A stretch of 64,000 nt of DNA from Candidatus Daviesbacteria bacterium (lineage in GTDB: Bacteria; Patescibacteriota; Microgenomatia; Daviesbacterales; UBA10151). A program made the position numbers and the translations under genes. Each line of letters starts with the position of its first letter. The stretch's first letter is position 1. The stretch spans positions 6,920 through 70,919 of the forward strand of contig JACOXI010000003.1 in NCBI GenBank assembly GCA_016176335.1, given 5' to 3'. Of the stretch, positions 1 to 8,921 are shown piece by piece. The notes beneath the pieces are model-generated. The model saw nothing but the letters and a program-made list of their open reading frames with translations, did not search any database and was not told the origin of the DNA.

Positions 1-826
1 AGGACTGTTTTTGGCAAATTTCTTTGGTGTTTTGAAACTCTCTTCCTATATTCCGGCGCTTTCCTTTCTGCCCACACAGAAGGATTTCCAAACTGTCACA
101 AAGGTCGGAGATAAAAAGATTACGGGCCGGGATTTTGATCAACAATTCAAGGCAACGCTGGGTTTGTATGCTCAAAAAGAAGCAAGCAATGACAAGTTGA
201 AAGAAAAGATTTTTAACAGTTTAGTTGAGAAAGAAATCGTCAAACTGGAAGCGGCAAAACTTGGCATTAGCGTCTCGCCGGAGGAGATCGAGAAAATATA
301 TCAGGAACGAGTTAAACAGACAGGAGGACAGGAAAAATACAATGATATTCTTAAAACCAATGGTTGGACAATTGATGAGCAAAAGGAGAAAATTCAAGAC
401 GAGCTCCTGAAAGAAAAAGTTGAGGATCAGGTGGTTGCCTGGCGGCTGGTTGAAGGAGCAAGTTTGTTCAAAGACACATCATCTTCTGACTTTGCAGTTC
501 AAAAGAAAAAAGCCCAAGACAGCCTGGAAAAGGTGCGGGCAGGTATGCTGGCAGGTAAAACACCAAAGGATGCTATAGAGGAGGCAAAAAAGGGTGGTTC
601 TGATAAGCTGATTCGCTATAATGAGCCTGTAAGGGTTATCAAAAGCGATAATTGGGACCCTGAGTTTATCCAAGCCTTTTTTGGGCTGACCAAAGGATCA
701 ATAAGTACGGTTATTAGCTCTGCCGGTGGCTCGTTTATGGTTGTTAAGATTGTTGATGCAAATGATGCTCCATACGCTTCTTACCAAGATTGGCTTGACA
801 GCGTGAAAAAAGACTACTTAAAGTAA
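1..826 (+). CDS. SurA/PrsA-like peptidyl-prolyl isomerase chaperone, 5' partial (reading frame is open to the window edge)
   Basis: The frame is open from nt 2, and the track start at 11 is a TTG. The N-terminal part resembles a SurA_N-like chaperone domain. The C-terminal part is parvulin-like ('GGSFMVVKIVDA'). The assignment rests on motifs only. Confidence 0.4.
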   Translation, partial: GLFLANFFGVLKLSSYIPALSFLPTQKDFQTVTKVGDKKITGRDFDQQFKATLGLYAQKEASNDKLKEKIFNSLVEKEIVKLEAAKLGISVSPEEIEKIYQERVKQTGGQEKYNDILKTNGWTIDEQKEKIQDELLKEKVEDQVVAWRLVEGASLFKDTSSSDFAVQKKKAQDSLEKVRAGMLAGKTPKDAIEEAKKGGSDKLIRYNEPVRVIKSDNWDPEFIQAFFGLTKGSISTVISSAGGSFMVVKIVDANDAPYASYQDWLDSVKKDYLK

Positions 827-898
827 TAAATATCTTGTATCTTGCTTTTTAACCTAATATATGGTATGAATAACTTATAGTTATTTTAGGAAGTACTT

Positions 899-1774
899 AT
901 GTTAGAGCAAGAACCAGGATTACAGACCAGAAGAGATTTTCTCATCAGGCTAGGCAGACTAGGCCTGGCAGGTGCAGGAGCAGCTCTGGCTGCCTCCATT
1001 CCCGGAAACATAGCCAGAGGAGATGGTTCTCCCACTCCCCCAAGCCCAATTCAATCAGGTCTGCTGTGTGAGGATCCGCGTTTTAAAGACAATCCAGAAG
1101 TCAAAATTAGCCATACCCATCTTTTGGGAAAGATAGTGGTCTTCCCTGATGAGCCGGAAGGGATCTTAGCAGTGGAAAAGGATGATTTTTATCATGATGG
1201 ACTGAAAAGACAGCTGGCCACAGCCCAGGGATTTTTTGAAAGGTTCATGGATATTAAGATTACTTCTGAAGTCCAGACAGATCCCAGGTATCTGATGTCT
1301 AAAATCCCTTACAGAGAATACATTGAAAGACGGTTCCAGGGTATTTCGCTAATTGATGTAGATTTGCCTAGGATCTACTATGATGGAACAACATACCCCA
1401 TATTTATTTTGATGTATATGGCTACTCCTGATCCCGGTGATAACCTGGAGTATCCCGGAACAAGAGGTTCTTACATAAGTTTTAATAATTCCAGGCGGGA
1501 CAGAGCAGGCACAGTGAGTATCCCCTGGCTTTTAGCAGAGAGATATGGACAGGCAGAACTCTTGTGGCACGAAATAGGCCATGCTTTTGGCATGGATCAT
1601 AACCCACACAATCCCAAAAGTATTATGGCTGTAGGTACAAATGTATCGCGATTGATATATGGTGTTGAGGAACCGGTTCTTGATAGCTACGATCTTGGCG
1701 GTATGTGCCCTTCATACAGGCCTTATGGCTACAAAATCCTCATACCTGCAGCTGCCAAGAACTACCAGCCTTAA
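899..1774 (+). CDS. Tat-secreted zinc metalloprotease (metzincin/matrixin-like)
   Basis: It has a twin-arginine signal ('RRDFLIRLGRLGLAGAGAALAAS'). It carries the HExxHxxGxxH zinc-binding motif ('HEIGHAFGMDH'). Confidence 0.7.
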   Translation: MLEQEPGLQTRRDFLIRLGRLGLAGAGAALAASIPGNIARGDGSPTPPSPIQSGLLCEDPRFKDNPEVKISHTHLLGKIVVFPDEPEGILAVEKDDFYHDGLKRQLATAQGFFERFMDIKITSEVQTDPRYLMSKIPYREYIERRFQGISLIDVDLPRIYYDGTTYPIFILMYMATPDPGDNLEYPGTRGSYISFNNSRRDRAGTVSIPWLLAERYGQAELLWHEIGHAFGMDHNPHNPKSIMAVGTNVSRLIYGVEEPVLDSYDLGGMCPSYRPYGYKILIPAAAKNYQP

Positions 1775-1785
1775 CTAATTAGTAT

Positions 1786-1832
1786 TTCCCGGAGGTTCAC
1801 CTTCCAGGAGTCAAAGCCCACCTGGAAGGTGG
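1786..1832 (+). terminator. Hairpin downstream of the metalloprotease gene (11-bp stem, no clear T-run)
   Basis: 'caccttccagg' pairs with 'cctggaaggtg' across a 12-nt loop. It may be a terminator or a regulatory hairpin. A TTGACA-N17-CATACT promoter-like element follows at 1842-1870. Confidence 0.3.
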
Positions 1833-1877
1833 CAGAAGTTATTGACAGATTGCTAAAAAATCTCCATACTGAGGATA

Positions 1878-3896
1878 GTGAAAAATCTGCTGCTGTTGGT
1901 GGTGACTGTGCTTTTTTTGGGTGCTACTTGGCAGTTTTCTGCCAAAGAAGCTTGTGCTGCTCTGTGGGGAGGAGGATGTAGCCCGCCTGTTGCCTCTGAT
2001 CATCAAACCTGCCCTCTTTCAGGTGTCAGAGACGGAAGATGCGTCAGCTCAGTTGATTTGGTAGCCAACATTAACAGTAGAGGCAGTATGGCTCCCAATA
2101 CCACCATTAGTTTGAGTGTTTGGGATAATGACGGGTCCACTACTACTACTTCTGCCTGCTCTGATGTGTCCTGCCTGATGAGAGCGGACAATGAGTCAAC
2201 TGTTTGGGGAGGGGGAGAAGTAAGTACTTCAATCGCTTTGGATACCATAGGATGCAGTGCAGGAGATTGTGTGGATGCCAACGGCCAAGATTTATTTACG
2301 GTTTCCTTAACTTCCAATGACACAAATTGCACTAATCCCCCCATGCAGACAGTGGATCTATACAGTAGGAACGGACAAACAGTCACCAGAGACTTTACTT
2401 TCATATGTGCAAGGCCCCCGGCTCAAACCTGTACCATTCAAGGCTACAAAGTGATAATGCCGGGCAATCAACCAATTGAACCTGCTGCTTCGCAAACAGT
2501 GACTGTCAGCGGCAAAGGGTCGAGCACTGCTAACCCGTATTCTTTCTCAGACCTCGGTGCAGGAAATTATACTATTTCCACCACCACTCCCACAGGCTAT
2601 ATTCTAAACGGCTATACTCTTTGTACCAATGCCGCCAATTGCCACAACAACACCCCCACTGCCGGAAATTCTGTGACTGCCAACTGCCCTGCAGGCGGAT
2701 ATTTGGATCTCTGGTGGCACTACAGCCCCCAAAACCAGTTTGCAACTGTGGGCGGGCGGGCTACCAACAGCAATACCGGAGCAGGGATAGCGAGCGTGCA
2801 GTTGACTGTTTATAACTCTACTACCCAAACCTACAGATATCCTTTGACCAATTCTAACGGCTATTTCACAGTTACAGACCTTGTCAGGACAGGAGATTAC
2901 TATGCAGTGAGAGCACCCTTAACCACCGGCAGCGGAGGTTTTATTCTTAGTCCGGAGGTAAGTTATGAGAACCAGCGCCAGGGTACCGGGGATTGCGGGA
3001 CAAATTGTAACTTTACCTATAGGCCGGTCTCTGTAGGGGTGGACCTGAAGGCAAATGGATCAGATACTACAGTCAATATTGCCAGCGGAGAAACAGCCAC
3101 ACTGTCTTGGACTACCACCAATGCTTCCTCCTGCACAGCCTCAAGCTCGCCTTCAGACTCTACCTGGAGCGGTACCAAAACAACCGCAAACACCGCCGGA
3201 CAGAGAACCAGCGCTCTGACAGGTCCCAATACCTACACCTACACTCTGCGTTGCAGCAATGCCAGCGGCACTGTCTCCGCCCAAGACTCGGTATCGGTTA
3301 ACGTGGCCGCACCAGTTGCCTGTAACACTTTTTATGTCAGTCCCACTGCCGCAAGCTTAACCATCGGCGGCTCTTCCATGGGAGTTTTTGCCAATGGTCG
3401 TGACGGCACTGTCAGTTGGTCAACTGCCAACTCCTCAATTGCCCGAGTCAGCCCAACCAGCGGCAGCAGCACCCAAATCTCCCCCGGCACCACTTCTGGC
3501 ACCACCACCATCACTGCCACTGACGCAGGCACGGCCAGTTGCAGCGGAGAAACAGGCACTATCTCGGTAACGGTCTCCGCCCCTCTAAGCGGGGCACCTG
3601 TTAACCAACCCATACCGAGTGCTGCTCCAGGCGTAACCACCTATATAATAGAGGGTGTGGTTTTCCTTGACAGCAATAGAAATAGAATCAGAGATGCCAT
3701 AGAGGTCTGTTACCAGGGCCCTGTGCGTATTTCTTTGGGGACTACTTCTATCAATCACCTCCAGGATAGAGATTGCACCAATAAGTACAGGTTTTCCGGG
3801 ATACCTGTAGGGACTTACTCTCTTATTATGGATCCTGTAAATGATTGGGAGTCAACAATGTTGCCGCCGTGGACAGTAATATTTACAGTACCTTAA
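1878..3896 (+). CDS. Secreted Thr/Ser/Gly-rich cell-surface protein with a bacterial Ig-like (Big_2-like) segment
   Basis: The N-terminus is hydrophobic and signal-like. The composition is very Thr/Ser/Asn-rich. A Big_2-like stretch is present ('VSPTSGSSTQISPGTTSGTTTITATDAGTASCSGETGTISVTV'). The exact start is uncertain because the GTG at 1878 sits too close to the 'gaggat' SD-like motif. Confidence 0.5.
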   Translation: MKNLLLLVVTVLFLGATWQFSAKEACAALWGGGCSPPVASDHQTCPLSGVRDGRCVSSVDLVANINSRGSMAPNTTISLSVWDNDGSTTTTSACSDVSCLMRADNESTVWGGGEVSTSIALDTIGCSAGDCVDANGQDLFTVSLTSNDTNCTNPPMQTVDLYSRNGQTVTRDFTFICARPPAQTCTIQGYKVIMPGNQPIEPAASQTVTVSGKGSSTANPYSFSDLGAGNYTISTTTPTGYILNGYTLCTNAANCHNNTPTAGNSVTANCPAGGYLDLWWHYSPQNQFATVGGRATNSNTGAGIASVQLTVYNSTTQTYRYPLTNSNGYFTVTDLVRTGDYYAVRAPLTTGSGGFILSPEVSYENQRQGTGDCGTNCNFTYRPVSVGVDLKANGSDTTVNIASGETATLSWTTTNASSCTASSSPSDSTWSGTKTTANTAGQRTSALTGPNTYTYTLRCSNASGTVSAQDSVSVNVAAPVACNTFYVSPTAASLTIGGSSMGVFANGRDGTVSWSTANSSIARVSPTSGSSTQISPGTTSGTTTITATDAGTASCSGETGTISVTVSAPLSGAPVNQPIPSAAPGVTTYIIEGVVFLDSNRNRIRDAIEVCYQGPVRISLGTTSINHLQDRDCTNKYRFSGIPVGTYSLIMDPVNDWESTMLPPWTVIFTVP

Positions 3897-3899
3897 GAT

Positions 3900-4145
3900 A
3901 TGAAAAAGAAAAAAAGCCAACGCAGGCTACATCCTCTATTTTTGATATTATTTTTTTTGGTAATGGGTCTTTTGCTGCTAATCTTTTTACGAAGAAGTTT
4001 TGTAACAGAGAAGGAGCAGCAAAAGGTCATAGATATCTCTTTACCGATCATTCCCAAAACAGTTGAGTCTGCTCCAGCAAGCGCCAGTAGCGTCCAAGCC
4101 CCTAAGGCAGTGCCGGTTGAACAATCTTTCGGGAGGGAGTTTTAA
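3900..4145 (+). CDS. Small membrane-anchored protein (single N-terminal TM)
   Basis: The sequence is a 'KKKKSQRR' segment followed by a hydrophobic helix. It lies inside the secreted-protein cluster. Confidence 0.3.
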   Translation: MKKKKSQRRLHPLFLILFFLVMGLLLLIFLRRSFVTEKEQQKVIDISLPIIPKTVESAPASASSVQAPKAVPVEQSFGREF

Positions 4146-4148
4146 GAT

Positions 4149-4604
4149 ATGCGGAAAATAACACCATTTTTAAAGGAAAATCTGTTTCTTTTAGTGGTGA
4201 TTTCGGTACTGGTAGCTTTGAGTACAATTTTTATTATTTGGAACAAGACTGTCTTTTTCTCCACCAAAACCGTGACGCCACCTCAAATTCCTCTGGCAAA
4301 CCCACCAATCCAAACACAAAGCCAGCTGCCTTTGACACCTCTACCACCAGCAGCGGAGGCCAACAAGACAGAAGTTTTTTTGGAAAAAGTGCGTGAGGCT
4401 ATATCTGCAGTTGTATTTAGAGGATTGGGAAAGAGTGTTGAGCCAACCCCTACCCCAGGGGTAAGTTCGCAAGGCAGTCCTACGGCAAATGAAGCAGGAA
4501 GCGTTCCCCTGGGCACAAAACCCTCCCAAGACAGTGTAGATACAGCTTCTACAGCAACTGAACCTAAGAGTGCATTTTCACCAAAGCCTGTGAGAATACC
4601 ATGA
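4149..4604 (+). CDS. Membrane-anchored Pro-rich protein
   Basis: It has an N-terminal TM helix followed by a Pro/Thr/Gln-rich extended region. It is translationally coupled to the downstream gene by an ATGA overlap. Confidence 0.3.
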   Translation: MRKITPFLKENLFLLVVISVLVALSTIFIIWNKTVFFSTKTVTPPQIPLANPPIQTQSQLPLTPLPPAAEANKTEVFLEKVREAISAVVFRGLGKSVEPTPTPGVSSQGSPTANEAGSVPLGTKPSQDSVDTASTATEPKSAFSPKPVRIP

Positions 4605-5902
4605 TGATTTCCAAAAAGTTTCTTCCACTATCACTGGCAATTTTCTTTATTTTGTTCCTGTTTGCTTTATTCGCTTTTCCAAAAAGCAGTCCAGCTTATG
4701 CTGCTGCCCAGTGTGACCCATCTTTTGAGAAAAGCTGTGCCGGCGGTTGTATAGGAGCAAATGATATTTGCTGCGGCAGTGGTTATTGCACATTAGGGAA
4801 TCAGTGCGCCACTATTAACGGCAGGGCAGGTTGTATTCCTACCGGTTCGTCTGTCTGCGGCAACGGTTATTGTGAGCAGGGTTTAAACTGTGTCAGCACT
4901 ACCGCCGGATATCGCTGTGTGGAACCAGGCAGACAGCAATGCGGCAGCGGAAACTATTTTTGTTATGCAGGTAACACTTGTGTTAATGCCAGCATACCTC
5001 TTTGTTGTGGAAGTGGTCAGGTTCAATGCGGAACCGGTTGTGTACCGTCAGGGGTAAGCTGTTGTAATTTGCCTGGGACAAGTTACTATTGCCCTACCCC
5101 AGGTGATGTCTGCACAAATACCAATAATACTGTTGCCGGACTTTCTTGCATACCGCCAGGTTGGACTTCTTGCGGAGGAGGTTATGCTTGCCCGCTTAAC
5201 ACCTCTTGCAGTGGAAGTGGAAACACTGCTACTTGCTACGGATCTTTGGTTTTTCCTGTGCCCGGCAATGGTGAGATGCTTGACCAGCGGCAAGTTGTGT
5301 TTGATGCTGTGTTTGCGGAATCAGCGGACAGCCGTGCTACTGGCCAGACTTTTACACCCGCAGTTACCGGTTATCTAAAAAGAATAGTATTTGCTGTATG
5401 GGACATAAGCGGAAATCCTTCTGGTTTAGGGATACAAATAGTTAAAATCCAAGGTAGCTCATGGATAGGAACAGCAGAGGTGATTTCCAGGGAAATAGTA
5501 AAGAATGTAAGTCAATACAGCTTTGTTCAAGCAGAGTTTGCTGAAGGAGAGAGGCCGTTTTTACAGGCCGGAGGTTATTATGCAGTGGTAATCCGCAGTA
5601 CAGGAGGCAGTGGTTATTACAACTTAGCTATGTACGGCCCACATGCTTCTTCCCAGGGATATACCCGCGGAGACCTTTGTGGGTTTAATCTTAGTGGCAG
5701 CACTCCGACCCAAATTGCGCCTAGCTCTTGCTACGTTGGCGAGTATTTCCAGGTCCGTGATTTGGCCTTTTCAACTTATATGCTCCCTTCAAGAGAAACT
5801 GACTTAGGAGTCGCACCGCCTCCTGCTTTAGACCCCTGGATTCAGACCACCGGCGGGGATGTTCATTCCAATACCGGAATAAATACCCCGGGAGGACCAT
5901 GA
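4601..5902 (+). CDS. Secreted cysteine-rich repeat protein (novel CGxGxxC repeat modules plus a C-terminal globular domain)
   Basis: It has a signal peptide. About 170 aa then carry repeated 'CGSG..C..G..C(V/A)' modules with more than 40 Cys. I recognise no known family. Confidence 0.45.
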   Translation: MMISKKFLPLSLAIFFILFLFALFAFPKSSPAYAAAQCDPSFEKSCAGGCIGANDICCGSGYCTLGNQCATINGRAGCIPTGSSVCGNGYCEQGLNCVSTTAGYRCVEPGRQQCGSGNYFCYAGNTCVNASIPLCCGSGQVQCGTGCVPSGVSCCNLPGTSYYCPTPGDVCTNTNNTVAGLSCIPPGWTSCGGGYACPLNTSCSGSGNTATCYGSLVFPVPGNGEMLDQRQVVFDAVFAESADSRATGQTFTPAVTGYLKRIVFAVWDISGNPSGLGIQIVKIQGSSWIGTAEVISREIVKNVSQYSFVQAEFAEGERPFLQAGGYYAVVIRSTGGSGYYNLAMYGPHASSQGYTRGDLCGFNLSGSTPTQIAPSSCYVGEYFQVRDLAFSTYMLPSRETDLGVAPPPALDPWIQTTGGDVHSNTGINTPGGP

Positions 5903-6705
5903 GAGAATTTAGAATTAAGGTTTTTTTAAATTGCTTTTTATTAGCTTTATTCTTGATTCTTGTCGCTTTATTCTACCATCCTACTTTTGCCCAAACCTCA
6001 ACATGTGGTGGTGGAACCGGGGACCGGGCCACTGGGCTGGTCTCTACTCCCCAACTTATGTCTGGTTCTAAATTTGGTACCACAACAGGAGCTTGTATAA
6101 TTGACCCCAAAACAGCTTTTGTCCCCTTTAAAATCCCAAGCTATGAAGATTTAAAATCACTTTATTATACCCAATCCAAAGCTACTAAAATAGATGCTAC
6201 ACCTGCCTCTGGTACGGCTAATCAAGGTACCATCAGATCTGCTTTGAACAGTTCTGATATCATACTGATCAGAGGAGATCTGAACCTCAACGGTAACTTG
6301 GGAGGAAGCCCAAAAACCGCTGTCATTTTGGTTGAAGGTAACCTGAATTTTGGAGGTAGCAATTTTACATTCGGTGATAACAACACGGGTGTTGTCTTTG
6401 TAGTAAGCGGTAATGTTAATATTGACCCAACGGTTACTCAAATAGATGCAATTATTATTGCCGGCGGAATAATTTGTACAGCTTCTGGCGGTTCTGTTTG
6501 TCCAACTGCTAATGTCCCGAACTCACAACCACTTGTGATTAATGGCAGCTTAATATCTTTAAATGAGTTAGCCTCTATTAAATTCAGGCGTTCGCTCGCT
6601 GATAATAGACGGCCAGCTGAAAAAATCAATCATCAAATCAAATATCTGGTAATTTTAAGAGATCTTTTGTCCGATACTTATCAAAAATGGTCAGAAATAC
6701 CCTAA
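5899..6705 (+). CDS. Secreted hypothetical protein with beta-strand repeat (GNLN/GNVN) segment
   Basis: It has a signal peptide. It carries repeats 'GDLNLNGNLGG...VEGNLNFGGSNFTFGDNNTGVVFVVSGNVNIDP' suggestive of a beta-helix or solenoid. Confidence 0.35.
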   Translation: MREFRIKVFLNCFLLALFLILVALFYHPTFAQTSTCGGGTGDRATGLVSTPQLMSGSKFGTTTGACIIDPKTAFVPFKIPSYEDLKSLYYTQSKATKIDATPASGTANQGTIRSALNSSDIILIRGDLNLNGNLGGSPKTAVILVEGNLNFGGSNFTFGDNNTGVVFVVSGNVNIDPTVTQIDAIIIAGGIICTASGGSVCPTANVPNSQPLVINGSLISLNELASIKFRRSLADNRRPAEKINHQIKYLVILRDLLSDTYQKWSEIP

Positions 6706-6739
6706 AGAGTCATCAGCTATCAGACGTCAGTCGTCAGAC

Positions 6740-7129
6740 ATGAATACACATAAATTTAGAAAACTGAAAGTTTGGCAAAGATCAATTCAATTTGTAACTT
6801 TAATCTATAAAATTACTACTAAGTTTCCGAAAGAAGAAAAATATGGACTAGTAGATCAAATAAGAAGGGCTGCTGTGAGTATTTGTCTAAATATTGCCGA
6901 AGGCTCGGGATCAGGCTCTGATGCAGAATTTGTTAGGTTCTTAAGAATAGCACAGCGATCAGCTTATGAAGTAATTGCTGCATTAGAAATTACAATTAAT
7001 CTTAAAATGACGAACAAATCGGCATTAGATGGTGCTATAGTGGAGGTAGACCAGTTAAGCGCCATGCTTACTGGACTTATTAAAAGTCTGAAAGCTGACA
7101 GGTCCGATGTTAAATCGGACCGATACTGA
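6740..7129 (+). CDS. Four-helix-bundle protein (TIGR02436, '23S rRNA intervening sequence protein' family)
   Basis: 'KLKVWQRSIQFVTLIYKITTKFPKEEKYGLVDQIRRAAVSICLNIAEGSG...' is characteristic of this family. The ORF is flanked by inverted GTCAGTCGTCAG motifs. Confidence 0.75.
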   Translation: MNTHKFRKLKVWQRSIQFVTLIYKITTKFPKEEKYGLVDQIRRAAVSICLNIAEGSGSGSDAEFVRFLRIAQRSAYEVIAALEITINLKMTNKSALDGAIVEVDQLSAMLTGLIKSLKADRSDVKSDRY

Positions 7130-7145
7130 CGACTGAAGACTATTT

Positions 7146-8111
7146 ATGAAAAAAGGCTTCACCCTAATAGAGCTGCTTGTTGCTGTTTCGATTTTAGCAA
7201 TACTATCCACTATTGGTATTACTGCCTTCCAGGGAACTCAATCCAAGGCAAGAGATACTGTCAGAAAAAATGACCTGAATGTCCTGGCCACAGCTTTGGA
7301 GATATATCGTGAGCAAAATGGAAAATATATTGTTAACAGTGACGGAACAAATATTACCACCTGCCCTTCCTCATCTGACACCACTTCTCCATTTTATACA
7401 CAAATTGCAGCTAATTTATCCACCCCTGCCCCAAAAGACCCTAAAACAGGATCTTTCTACTGTTACATTTCAGTTAGCAATGGTCAATCCTTCAGGCTTT
7501 TTGCCGGGCTGGAAAATTGTAGTGGTTCAGGCGGTAATTTATGTGAATATACTAACTACAACTATACTGTTATTTCAGAAGATATAAGCTTAGCTTCTGC
7601 CCCGTCAGATTCGCTGATTGCAAGCGCACCAACTCCTACTCCTTCCCCTTCCCCAACTCCCACAGCCACAACTTCTCCCTCTCCTTCAGCCTCTCCCACA
7701 GCTTCCCCTTCCCCTTCCCCAACTCCTACTCCTACAGCTACCTATACCTATATTCAAACCAACGTGGGTTGTAGTACTCCTTTGGGTTTGACTCCTGACC
7801 AACTCTGCCAAAGAGAGGTTTCTTCTACCTCTCGCTCCCAAGCAGTGCCTGGCAGCAGTACCATAATGGCCAAGGGTTACTGGTGGCAAGAATGCGGCGG
7901 GGCTTCGGTAAGTGACTGTGTAGGGCTGGATTGCACAGTCAATCAGCTTGATTGTACCAATACTCCAGGGTTTTGGGGTACACAAATACCTTATCCCTCT
8001 CATTACCTAAAAACAGGTAATAACATCACAGTCTTTGATCCTGATTCTCTTGGTTGGAGTTGCGATGGTTTTAGTCCCGGTTGGACTATGAGGGTGTATT
8101 GCTCCCGTTAA
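7146..8111 (+). CDS. Type IV pilin-like protein (prepilin N-terminal methylation motif) with PT-rich linker and Cys-rich C-terminal domain
   Basis: 'MKKGFTLIELLVAVSILAILSTIGITAFQG' is a class III signal with a conserved Glu5. A long (P/T/S)n linker follows, then a C-terminal domain with about 9 Cys. Confidence 0.75.
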   Translation: MKKGFTLIELLVAVSILAILSTIGITAFQGTQSKARDTVRKNDLNVLATALEIYREQNGKYIVNSDGTNITTCPSSSDTTSPFYTQIAANLSTPAPKDPKTGSFYCYISVSNGQSFRLFAGLENCSGSGGNLCEYTNYNYTVISEDISLASAPSDSLIASAPTPTPSPSPTPTATTSPSPSASPTASPSPSPTPTPTATYTYIQTNVGCSTPLGLTPDQLCQREVSSTSRSQAVPGSSTIMAKGYWWQECGGASVSDCVGLDCTVNQLDCTNTPGFWGTQIPYPSHYLKTGNNITVFDPDSLGWSCDGFSPGWTMRVYCSR

Positions 8112-8136
8112 AGCTATTGATACTGAAGACTGACAA

Positions 8137-8847
8137 CTATTTCCCAAAATTGCGCTTTTGATTCTGATACCAAACAACGGCCTTTTTAAATTCATTCTCA
8201 TCAAAATCCGGCCATAGGGTTTTGGTAAAATAAAACTCGCTGTAGGCTGTTTGCCAAAGTAAAAAATTGGAAAGTCTACTTCTGCCTCCGGTTCTAATCA
8301 AAAGCTCCGGATCTCTCTGTCCATTGGTATATAAATGCCTTTCCACTATCTCCTCATTAATCTTTTTAACTTCAATCCCCTTTTTAACAATCTCTTTGAT
8401 AGCGGAAAGCAGTTCTTTTTTACCTCCATAATTTAAAGCTATATTTAATTTGATGGACTCATTTTTAAGATATGCCTTTCTAATTCTATCGATAATTTTT
8501 ATAATAGTTTGGGGCAAGCCTTGCACCTCACCTAAAATTGTCACCCTGACTCCTTTTTTTATCATCTTCTTTAATCTGCTGTGATAACCTTTTCGGAATA
8601 GATTGAACAATCCCAGTACCTCTCTTTTGGCCCTTTCCTTAATATTCTCTGTTGATAGCGCATAAACTGTAATGGTTTTAACTCCTAATTTTTCTGATTC
8701 ATCAACAATTTTTTCCAACACTTCTGCTCCTTTCTCATGACCTTTCATGTCAGACAGACCCTTGGATCTGGCCCACCGTCTGTTACCATCCATGATTATT
8801 GCTATGTGACTTGGTATGTTTTTAGTACTTAAGTTTTTTTTATCCAT
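8137..8847 (-). CDS. uppS: Undecaprenyl diphosphate synthase (isoprenyl transferase)
   Basis: 'IAIIMDGNRRWA' is the UPP synthase hallmark. The length fits. Confidence 0.9.
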   Translation of the reverse strand: MDKKNLSTKNIPSHIAIIMDGNRRWARSKGLSDMKGHEKGAEVLEKIVDESEKLGVKTITVYALSTENIKERAKREVLGLFNLFRKGYHSRLKKMIKKGVRVTILGEVQGLPQTIIKIIDRIRKAYLKNESIKLNIALNYGGKKELLSAIKEIVKKGIEVKKINEEIVERHLYTNGQRDPELLIRTGGRSRLSNFLLWQTAYSEFYFTKTLWPDFDENEFKKAVVWYQNQKRNFGK

Positions 8848-8921
8848 GTTTCAAATAGATTTATGATTTATGAGATATGAGTTATGATTAAATTCATAAA
8901 TCTTAAATCATTGTTCATAAA

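Noticed and set aside
2003-3640. Several antisense or alternative-frame ORFs (2003..2404, 2604..2828, 3017..3229, 3332..3640) inside the large surface-protein gene
   Set aside because: They are embedded in a long, motif-supported + strand ORF and have no independent evidence. They are typical shadow ORFs.
7686-8003. A 105-aa minus-strand ORF ('RGRGSCGRG...') antisense to the pilin gene
   Set aside because: It is an artefact of the low-complexity PT-linker DNA. It lies entirely inside a well-supported + strand gene.
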